Positions 48,640-55,873 of a DNA stretch of 61,109 nt are shown piece after piece. The stretch is taken from positions 1-61,109 of the forward strand of contig JBKPCS010000029.1 of NCBI GenBank assembly GCA_046727495.1, read 5' to 3'. A program made the translations under genes and the position numbers. The notes beneath the pieces were generated by a model. The model saw only the letters and a list, made by a program, of their open reading frames with translations. It was not told where the DNA came from and did not search any database. Numbering within the stretch: position 1 is the first letter of the stretch; each line of letters opens with the position of its first letter. The stretch is from a bacterium (lineage in GTDB: Bacteria; Verrucomicrobiota; Verrucomicrobiia; Chthoniobacterales; JAFAMB01).

Positions 48640-49209
48640 ATGGAATACCCTGCTCGTATCTACGATTTCGGTCTGCAGGCTGTTGCCCTGGTGGTTGGCG
48701 TGCTTATCCTCGCCGGTCACCTGGTGGCGTTGTTGCGCCCGGAACAGACAAAACAATGGTTACTCAGGTTCCCGCGCTCCCGGATGCTCGGGCTGGTGTT
48801 GCTAGCGGTCGATGCAATCGGGTTCTTTTGGCTGATGTCCAACGTTGATCTCGAGGACTTCGCAAAATATCGGCAGATGATTCAGATCGCGATTCCGGTG
48901 CTGGCTATACTGAGTGCAGTGTTTGTGCCGGAATTCCTAGCTGTGCGCGCGCTTGGCATCATGGCTTTGCTGGCCGGAGAGCCAATTCTTTCGGCGGGTT
49001 TCCTACGCCCGGAACCGGGGCGGCTGTTGTTGGTACTCGTCGCCTATATCTGGCTAACACTCGGTTTAATCTGGGTTGCCTCCCCTTACCTGCTGCGAGA
49101 TCAAATCACCTGGGTGACAAAGAGCGCTGCCCGGTTCCGAACAGCGGCATTATGCGGCGTGGTGTGCGGAGCGGCGGTGCTTGCGTTTGGAATGATCGTT
49201 AGAGGGTGA
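48640..49209 (+). CDS. Hypothetical integral membrane protein
   Basis: 189 aa with five to six hydrophobic segments and no recognised motif. Confidence 0.55.
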   Translation: MEYPARIYDFGLQAVALVVGVLILAGHLVALLRPEQTKQWLLRFPRSRMLGLVLLAVDAIGFFWLMSNVDLEDFAKYRQMIQIAIPVLAILSAVFVPEFLAVRALGIMALLAGEPILSAGFLRPEPGRLLLVLVAYIWLTLGLIWVASPYLLRDQITWVTKSAARFRTAALCGVVCGAAVLAFGMIVRG

Positions 49210-49259
49210 TTGGGAGGGCGGCGCGCTAGGGCTGTCGCAAAGCGACGACAAATAATCTA

Positions 49260-49423
49260 AGCCAGGGTGAGCCCGCCGTACTGGCGGGCGAACCCTCGAA
49301 CGTACGTATTAGGCGACTCGTCCTGCAGGGATGCCAGATGCGAGGCACGCGCTCTCTTTGGCCCTTTCAGGGCCGACCTGATTGGATGCCGATACCAGGG
49401 GTTCGCTCCCCTCACCCCTGGCT
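49260..49423. repeat. MITE/REP-like structured element (second copy of the 35294-35473 family)
   Basis: agccagggtgagcccgccgtactggcgggcgaaccct ... ggccctttcagggcc ... ccaggggttcgctcccctcacccctggct. ORF 49267-49512 is a translation of it. Confidence 0.7.
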
Positions 49424-49503
49424 TTCATTTGCTGTCGCGTTGCGACGAACAATTCCGTGGCAGGTATTGCCAGCTTGAGCGCGAACGACCTAACCCTACA
49501 GAT

Positions 49504-50460
49504 TCACGATAACCTTTTAACCGTATGGCCTCTTGCGAACTCGAGCGCGGACATCCGGCGTTTCCCTTCCAGCTGCACATCCAACAGCAAGAGGCTACCT
49601 TCTCCACACCCAACAATGATTCCGCGGTGAGTAGTCCCAACCAACGCGCCAGGAGCGCCGGTGCCCCGATGCATGGGCAAACCGCGATGGATCTTTAACC
49701 GTTTCCCATCAGGCAAAGTAGCGTACGCGCCCGGCCAAGGGCCCATCGCACGGATTACACGATCCAAATACCAACAAGACTGCGCCCAATCGAGTTTACC
49801 GGATTCGCGATCGAGTTTCGGTGCATACGTCGCAAGTTTTTCGTCCTGCGGCGTTCTTGGTGCTTCGCCTCGAAGGAACAGAGGGATTGCCTCTGCTAGT
49901 ACACCAGGCGCCAGCATCGCTAATCTGTCATGTAACGAGCCGCCGGTTTCGCGATGCCGGATAGATAAGGAGTGTGCTAACACGGTGTCGCCCGTATCCA
50001 ATCCTTCGGCCATGTGCATCAGTGTGATACCGGTGCTTTTGTCGCCGGCCAGGATAGCAGCTTGAATCGGAGCAGCTCCTCGGTGCCTCGGAAGCAGCGA
50101 GGCATGAAGATTGAGGCACGCGATTCGGGGCATCTCCAACAGCGCTCTCGGTAAAATCTGGCCGTAAGCCATGACTATAATCAGTTCCGGTGCGAATCCG
50201 CGGATGGCATCTAAAGCTTCAGGCCGGCGAACTTTGGCTGGTTGCAGTACCGGTAGATCATTTTCCTGTGCAATCCGTTTCGGGGCAGGTGCAGTCAAGA
50301 TTTGCGAACGGCCCACGGCTTTATCCGGCTGAGTTACTACCGCTACCAGCTCGAGCTCAGGGGCGTTGATTAACCACTGGAGTACAGGTAACCCGATTTC
50401 GCCGGTGCCCATGAATAGGGCGCGTGGCTTGGAAGTCGCTGGATTTTGCATCTGGTGCAA
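49504..50460 (-). CDS. fmt: Methionyl-tRNA formyltransferase
   Basis: 'ALFMGTGEIGLPVLQWL...VVTQPDKAVGR', 'NLHASLLPRHRGAAPIQAAI' and a C-terminal beta-barrel domain. Confidence 0.9.
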   Translation of the reverse strand: MHQMQNPATSKPRALFMGTGEIGLPVLQWLINAPELELVAVVTQPDKAVGRSQILTAPAPKRIAQENDLPVLQPAKVRRPEALDAIRGFAPELIIVMAYGQILPRALLEMPRIACLNLHASLLPRHRGAAPIQAAILAGDKSTGITLMHMAEGLDTGDTVLAHSLSIRHRETGGSLHDRLAMLAPGVLAEAIPLFLRGEAPRTPQDEKLATYAPKLDRESGKLDWAQSCWYLDRVIRAMGPWPGAYATLPDGKRLKIHRGLPMHRGTGAPGALVGTTHRGIIVGCGEGSLLLLDVQLEGKRRMSALEFARGHTVKRLS

Positions 50461-50469
50461 AATCCAGGC

Positions 50470-51078
50470 TTACGCGTTGAATGGCAACGATCCGTTTCGA
50501 GAATTCCAGATGACTGTAACGATGTCGTTAAGGACTTTTACCGGCGGTTGCAGCGCGTCGACCGTTGTGACTCGGCCGTTGTAGTAGTCCAAGACCGGTT
50601 TGGTCTCTTCTTCATAGGTGGCCAACCGCCTGCGAATGACCTCCTCGCTCGCATCGTCAAGCCGGTTGTCCTTGATCGCGCGTTTGCGTAACCGGCGGAC
50701 CAGCTCGTTCCGGTTTGGACACGATAGATGGAACACCTGCTTCACATCGATCAATGATTCCATGAGCTTCGCTTGCCCGACATTGCGCGGAATGCCGTCG
50801 AGCACGAGCGCGTCGATGTCCGGTTTAAATTCGCCGTCCGCCACTTGACCTTCAATGTGATGATGCCAAAGCTGCACGGTGAGGTCATCGGGCACGAGCA
50901 ACCCTTTGCTTGAGTACTCGATGAACTTCAGTCCGATTGGTGTCCTCAAATCCATGGAGCGGAACACATCGCCGCAGGCACAGTGATAAAACCGAGGTAT
51001 GGATCCGAGGACTTTCCCTTGAGTCCCTTTCCCACTACCTGGAGCGCCCATGAAAAGGTAGGTGACGTAACGGTTCAT
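50470..51078 (-). CDS. Adenylate kinase-like nucleoside monophosphate kinase (divergent)
   Basis: P-loop 'FMGAPGSGKGTQGKVL', 'GDVFRS', 'LVPDDL' and 'LDGIPRNVGQA'. It is a short-LID type and atypical in sequence. Confidence 0.7.
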   Translation of the reverse strand: MNRYVTYLFMGAPGSGKGTQGKVLGSIPRFYHCACGDVFRSMDLRTPIGLKFIEYSSKGLLVPDDLTVQLWHHHIEGQVADGEFKPDIDALVLDGIPRNVGQAKLMESLIDVKQVFHLSCPNRNELVRRLRKRAIKDNRLDDASEEVIRRRLATYEEETKPVLDYYNGRVTTVDALQPPVKVLNDIVTVIWNSRNGSLPFNA

Positions 51079-51268
51079 AAAAGGGGGAAAAACAGGTTCT
51101 CAAGTTCGAAAGGAACCGGGCGAAAGGCAAGGACAATTTTTGGGGAGGATTTTCACGCCGGGGTAACAAGGCTATATGTAAAAGTCTGCGGACTCCGCGG
51201 CCCCGGCTTTAATCTTTTTTTCGACACAGGCGCGCAACAACTTGAACTCGGTCTACCGGTGCGGTTAA

Positions 51269-52153
51269 ATGCGGCTAGTGTTCGGTTTAACAGTGCTCGG
51301 AAGTGGAAGTAGCGGCAACTGTTCGCTGGTCGCGACCGACCAGTGCCGAATCCTGGTCGACGCCGGATTCAGCGCTCGGCAAATCGCCCGCAGACTCTCA
51401 GCAATTGGCGTTGCTCCGGAAGAGCTTGATGGAATTTTGCTTACGCACGAGCATGCCGACCATGTCGCCGGACTGGAAATCTTCTCTCGTCGTTTCGGTG
51501 TCCCGATCTATAGCAATCCACTGACCGCAGAAACGTTGCGGCACGGTTTTCTGGCCGAGTTCAATCGATGGCATCTTTTCCAGACGGGCGCCACGTTCGT
51601 AATCAAAGACATTGAAATCCAAAGTTTTTATGTGCCCCACGATGCAGTTGACCCAACTGCATTTGTTTTCACGAGTGGTTCAGGATCGATCGGGTTTTTG
51701 ACCGATCTCGGGTATGCGCCCAAGCTTGCAATTGATCGCCTGCGATCTGTGCACACGCTCGTCATCGAGACCAATCACGATGAACGAATGTTGCAAAACG
51801 ATCCAAAACGTCCGTGGTCAGTCAAACAGCGCATTTTGTCCCGGCACGGCCATTTGTCGAACAACGCCGCGGCCCAGCTGGCGGCAACGATTGCCGGCGA
51901 CAGATTAGAACGATTGGTGCTTGGACACCTGAGCCGCGATTGTAACCGGCCAGAGCTCGTGCTCGAAGCAATGAGCCGCGCCGGGCTAGATGTATTGGAA
52001 TTGTTCTGTGCAGAGCAGCGGAGCGTCAGTCCGTATTTCGCTATCAAGCAGAGCAGCTCAATGGTGCGCGAGGAGGTAACACCAGTTTATCGCCAGCGCG
52101 ATCGCGACGATAACGCACAAACGATGTTTGATCTCGGCTGGCAAATTAGCTAA
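51269..52153 (+). CDS. MBL-fold metallo-hydrolase (YycJ/PhnP-like)
   Basis: 'LTVLGSGSSGNCSLV...ILVDAGFS' and 'ILLTHEHADHVAGL'. The last ~35 residues look like a read-through tail that overlaps the convergent DUF2752 gene. Confidence 0.8.
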   Translation: MRLVFGLTVLGSGSSGNCSLVATDQCRILVDAGFSARQIARRLSAIGVAPEELDGILLTHEHADHVAGLEIFSRRFGVPIYSNPLTAETLRHGFLAEFNRWHLFQTGATFVIKDIEIQSFYVPHDAVDPTAFVFTSGSGSIGFLTDLGYAPKLAIDRLRSVHTLVIETNHDERMLQNDPKRPWSVKQRILSRHGHLSNNAAAQLAATIAGDRLERLVLGHLSRDCNRPELVLEAMSRAGLDVLELFCAEQRSVSPYFAIKQSSSMVREEVTPVYRQRDRDDNAQTMFDLGWQIS

Positions 52154-52471
52154 TCGAATCCGCGGCAGCCGGAACAGAACAACAGTTGCGGCGTATAGAT
52201 CGAGCAAGCCCGTTCCCGCGTAGCAAACGAACATAAACGGGTTTCGTATCCAGGCGCCGGCCAGGTTCCCGTGGACCAAAGCCAGTGCGCATCTGGTCGC
52301 TCCACAAGTGGGGCAAGGAATTCCGGTCAGGTGACGCAACAAACACTTCGGCCAGGGTAGATCCATCGCGAGCCAGGCAAAACAGGGTACCGCGACCAGC
52401 AGCGTCACCGCAACGAACAACAGTTCGAAGTCGGTTTCTTTCGGAGCAAGTGGCCGCAGCATGATCTTCAT
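52058..52471 (-). CDS. DUF2752 domain-containing membrane protein
   Basis: 'CLLRHLTGIPCPTCGATRCALALVHGNLAGAW' is the DUF2752 Cys motif. Several hydrophobic helices. Confidence 0.75.
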   Translation of the reverse strand: MKIMLRPLAPKETDFELLFVAVTLLVAVPCFAWLAMDLPWPKCLLRHLTGIPCPTCGATRCALALVHGNLAGAWIRNPFMFVCYAGTGLLDLYAATVVLFRLPRIRLANLPAEIKHRLCVIVAIALAINWCYLLAHH

Positions 52472-52526
52472 CGCGTCGGTTGGCCGAAAAATGGCTTGTC
52501 GCTTTGCGACTTCGGTTCCACAGGGT

Positions 52527-53447
52527 TCAATTCGAACTGTTCATGTGCCGTGCAGACGACATCAACGCCGCCAAAATTGATCCGTAGAAAAGAATCGCCA
52601 AAACGCAACAAACAATGATCGGCAGGAGAACGGCCATGACTGCACGCCAATTCTCGGTTTTGTGGACTTCACGCAGACCGATCACCGCGCATACTAATGA
52701 CCAGATTCCGCCGATTGATGTTCCTACAAACGGGATCACCGCGAAGACCAGTCCGCTTGCGCAATAACTGAGCACTCGATACGTCGCCTCGTAGCTTTTC
52801 GACGTTCCTTTCATTAGCATCAGACAGAAATGTAAAACACCGGCGTGGACGAAGTTCATCCCGATAGCGAGCGGGATCCCGACGATGGCGACAATTACAA
52901 AGGTTAAAAGCGCGCCGGCTAGTCCCATCCCTGGGGCGCCCATCCCGTGCCGATGGGTATCTGACATCATCCCGGCGGCGCCGATCAGACCGACCCAAAA
53001 AATCTGGTAGATGGCGGTCAAGGCGAACAGCAGCGTCGTCATGACTGCCTGAAAAAGCAGCGGTGACGCATACCCGCCGCTGGTTTTCAATCGTTGAAAT
53101 GTTGCTGCCGGAGAAAACAGGATTTCTTTCCAGGTTGCGAAGAGCGCTTTTCCGAAACCCAATTGCTGGCGATGCTCCCATGAGGGAGCAGCTTCTGCGC
53201 CTTCGACAACGGCAACCGCTTGCGCTGGTGTAGCTTGAGGCGCGCTCGGAACAGGCGGTTGAGCAACCGGTGCCTGCGCCTGCGGCATTCTAAGTTCCGG
53301 AAATTCTGAGAGAGGCTTCCAGTTTTCCATGCCTTCTCGCCATCCAAGATCCGTCGGGAGATATTGTCCCGAGTCCAGGCCGCGTTGCACTTCTTCGACG
53401 TCGAGCGTCCCAAGGTTCTGACCAGCGCGATTGATCCAGATCTTCAT
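52527..53447 (-). CDS. GYF_2 (DUF4339) domain fused to a Yip1-like multi-pass membrane domain
   Basis: 'MKIWINRAGQNLGTLDVEEVQRGLDSGQYLPTDLGWREGMENWKPLSEF' is a bacterial GYF domain. It is followed by a Pro/Ala linker and five hydrophobic helices. Confidence 0.75.
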   Translation of the reverse strand: MKIWINRAGQNLGTLDVEEVQRGLDSGQYLPTDLGWREGMENWKPLSEFPELRMPQAQAPVAQPPVPSAPQATPAQAVAVVEGAEAAPSWEHRQQLGFGKALFATWKEILFSPAATFQRLKTSGGYASPLLFQAVMTTLLFALTAIYQIFWVGLIGAAGMMSDTHRHGMGAPGMGLAGALLTFVIVAIVGIPLAIGMNFVHAGVLHFCLMLMKGTSKSYEATYRVLSYCASGLVFAVIPFVGTSIGGIWSLVCAVIGLREVHKTENWRAVMAVLLPIIVCCVLAILFYGSILAALMSSARHMNSSN

Positions 53448-53614
53448 GTTGACCCGGGTTTTTAGCGGAAAGCGCCTAAGAGATCAATGGCCCGCCAACA
53501 ATATCCCTACGAAGCCCGGGAATGAAATCCGATCAAAAAGAAGACGACGCTCAGCAAAACCAGAACAAACCCACAATAAGCGACGACCGGTATGAGAACC
53601 GCTATGGTCGCTCG

Positions 53615-54361
53615 CTAACCCTCGGTTTTATGGACTTTCTGCAGACCGACCGCCATACAGATTAGCCCCCAAATCCAGCTAACGTATAGACCAAAGAATG
53701 GGATCACCCCAAAGACATATGCACTGGAGCAGTAACTCGTGACGCGATAAGTCGCTTCGTAGGCTTTGGACTTCCCTTTCATGAGCATCAGACAGAAGTG
53801 GAAGACGCCGGCGAGGACGAAGTTCAGCCCGATCGAGAGCGGGACCCCGACGAGAATCGGCCCTGCATAGTATAGAAGCGTAGGCTCTGCGGGCCAACCG
53901 ATCGTCACACCCACGGTCCGAAAGATCGCGAGGACTGCCATCAGTAGCGTGGTCATGATCGCCTGAAAAAGAAGCGGCGCCGCGAATCCGCCACTGGATT
54001 TCAGTTGTCCAAACGTCGTTCCCGGATAGAAAAGAACTTCTTTCCACGTTGTAAAAAGGGCTTTTCCAAAACCCGTCTGGCGCCGCCGCTCCCATGCGGG
54101 TGCAGCTTCGGCGCGTTCGACCACCTCAGTCGGTTGTTGGGGCGCCGCTTGAGCTGCGCCCGACACAGGCAGTTGAACAGCAGGCACTTGCGCCCGCAGC
54201 AGGCGTAGCTCCGGAAATTCTGAGAGCGGTTTCCAGTTTTTCGTGCCTTCACGCCAACCGAGGTCAGTTGGAAGATATTGACCCGAATCCAGGCCTCGTT
54301 GCACCTCCTCCGAATCCAATGTGCCAAGGTTCTGGCCCGCGCGATTGATCCAGATCTTCAC
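53615..54361 (-). CDS. Tandem paralog of the GYF-Yip1 protein, shortened by a TAG at the position of a Trp codon
   Basis: The first 50 aa are nearly identical to 52527-53447 (GTG start). It ends 'VHKTEG*' where the paralog reads 'VHKTENW...'. The frame stays open for 35 more codons (53510-53614) that encode the homologous last helix 'RATIAVLIPVVAYCGFVLVLL'. Confidence 0.7.
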   Translation of the reverse strand: MKIWINRAGQNLGTLDSEEVQRGLDSGQYLPTDLGWREGTKNWKPLSEFPELRLLRAQVPAVQLPVSGAAQAAPQQPTEVVERAEAAPAWERRRQTGFGKALFTTWKEVLFYPGTTFGQLKSSGGFAAPLLFQAIMTTLLMAVLAIFRTVGVTIGWPAEPTLLYYAGPILVGVPLSIGLNFVLAGVFHFCLMLMKGKSKAYEATYRVTSYCSSAYVFGVIPFFGLYVSWIWGLICMAVGLQKVHKTEG

Positions 54362-54400
54362 GTTGACCCGGGTTTAGCGGAAAGCCCAGTGAAGATCAAT

Positions 54401-54475
54401 GAGTGTTAGTGCTAGGGCTAGTATGGCCTGCCCCTTGTCGCTGCTTTGCTAGCACTAGCGCTAACACTAGCACTC
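54401..54475. repeat. Inverted GTGCTAG/CTAGCAC hexamer arrays
   Basis: gagtgttagtgctagggctagt (54401-54422) faces gctagcactagcgctaacactagcactc (54448-54475). This is the same word family as 22574-22684. Confidence 0.75.
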
Positions 54476-55165
54476 ATTTCTATCCATCAGCGAAAGGATC
54501 CGGCGCCGTTTGCCTTCGTAGTCCAGCGCGTGGAATTGGCGGATTTCGTCGAGCCGGCGCACACCGTTAAGGGTGTCCAGGTACCGCGTATACCCCGCTG
54601 CGAGCTCCCCAGTCTCGAGGTAGCGGGCCCGCAGGTTCACATCCGTGTACGCCTCGGGAGATCTGCATTCAAACAGATGAAACCGTAGCCATCGCCGGTC
54701 CATTCGAGAAACGCGCTGGGTTTTCCGGAAAAACGCTACGAACAATAGCAGGACTAGATACGTGTCGACCATGCCCTGCAGCTCAAGGTTGCGGGCGAAG
54801 TCTTCGCTATCGATACGGCGTGAGCCTGCCTTGAATTGAAGGGCGGCATGCAACGCGTGGTTTATCTCCTCCACAAACATGATAAGCGAAACGATGTTCT
54901 GGTTCGATAGCCCGCGACGCGGATCGTGGCGTTCGAGCTGTTCAATCAGCCAGCTTGAATAATAGATACCGACGTAGAGCCTGTCGCCGGCAGTGCGTAA
55001 GAAGGTTCGCGCTAACTCGCTGAGCTCGCGCGCGGAAGCGCCGGCCAGCCGTGTGAGCTGCGAGCAGCGCGTTCGATCGATCAAACAATCTTCAAGATTA
55101 ATTCCGACCGAGGCGTAAGTCTTTTCGAATAAGCGTTGAACTTCGCTGAACAGTGTCTGGTTCAT
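54467..55165 (-). CDS. Hypothetical protein (predicted all-helical), second gene of a coupled pair
   Basis: 232 aa with no motif I can name. Its ATG overlaps the stop of the upstream gene (ATGA at 55162-55165). Confidence 0.6.
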   Translation of the reverse strand: MNQTLFSEVQRLFEKTYASVGINLEDCLIDRTRCSQLTRLAGASARELSELARTFLRTAGDRLYVGIYYSSWLIEQLERHDPRRGLSNQNIVSLIMFVEEINHALHAALQFKAGSRRIDSEDFARNLELQGMVDTYLVLLLFVAFFRKTQRVSRMDRRWLRFHLFECRSPEAYTDVNLRARYLETGELAAGYTRYLDTLNGVRRLDEIRQFHALDYEGKRRRILSLMDRNEC

Positions 55166-55848
55166 TCAAATGCAGGAACAAATCGATTGTCACCCAGATC
55201 GACCAGTTCATCGGTTAACCGATTCAAAGCGAGCCGGCATTGATGAAACTGATCCGACAGTTTCTGGAATAAACCGCCCAGCTCGTAACGCCGCGCGACT
55301 TCCAGGGTTGCAGCAACCTGGAAGCTGCAACGGCCGACATCTTCGTAGAATTCGCAACTTGGCGCGCCACGCTGTTGCCTGTGCTCGATGTTCTCGCGGA
55401 AAATGCCGCTCACGAATAGAGAGTAATTGCCAACGTGCGCCCGGATAAGGAACGTTTGATAAGGCGTTGCATCCTTGAGCGCCATTAACATGTCGCTGAT
55501 GTAATGCGCTTCCAGGTGCTCGATCGGCGCACGGAGCTGTTTCGTTTGCGAGAATTTTTCCAGGATCGCTGCAACGTAATCCGCCAGCTCGCGATCATCG
55601 ATTCCGGATCGTTTCAGCACCAACCTGGCCAAAACGTAGAAGTAGAATTGGGAAGAAATCGTTAGGTTGGTAGGGTTTTCCAATACCGCTCGTACCAGGG
55701 CATCATGATCGAGAATCTCGTCTCGCGTGTCGTTTTCTGTTAGCAATTCGACCAGGCTGACAGCATTCGAGCGATCTTTCGCGAGCGTGCGAACGATAAA
55801 ATTGAAGTCTTCCCCCCTAAAACGGGCCCGACAGTTCGGTTGAATCAT
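55162..55848 (-). CDS. Hypothetical protein (predicted all-helical), first gene of a coupled pair
   Basis: 228 aa with no recognised motif. Its start lies 25 nt from the divergent AsmA-like start. Confidence 0.6.
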   Translation of the reverse strand: MIQPNCRARFRGEDFNFIVRTLAKDRSNAVSLVELLTENDTRDEILDHDALVRAVLENPTNLTISSQFYFYVLARLVLKRSGIDDRELADYVAAILEKFSQTKQLRAPIEHLEAHYISDMLMALKDATPYQTFLIRAHVGNYSLFVSGIFRENIEHRQQRGAPSCEFYEDVGRCSFQVAATLEVARRYELGGLFQKLSDQFHQCRLALNRLTDELVDLGDNRFVPAFE

Positions 55849-55873
55849 CGGGGCGATACTAATAGCATAACGT

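Noticed and set aside
55-54475. Whether the short repeat arrays are CRISPR arrays
   Set aside because: The units are 6-10 nt and directly abutting, with no unique spacers. Arrays are at most ~110 nt, and no cas genes are present.
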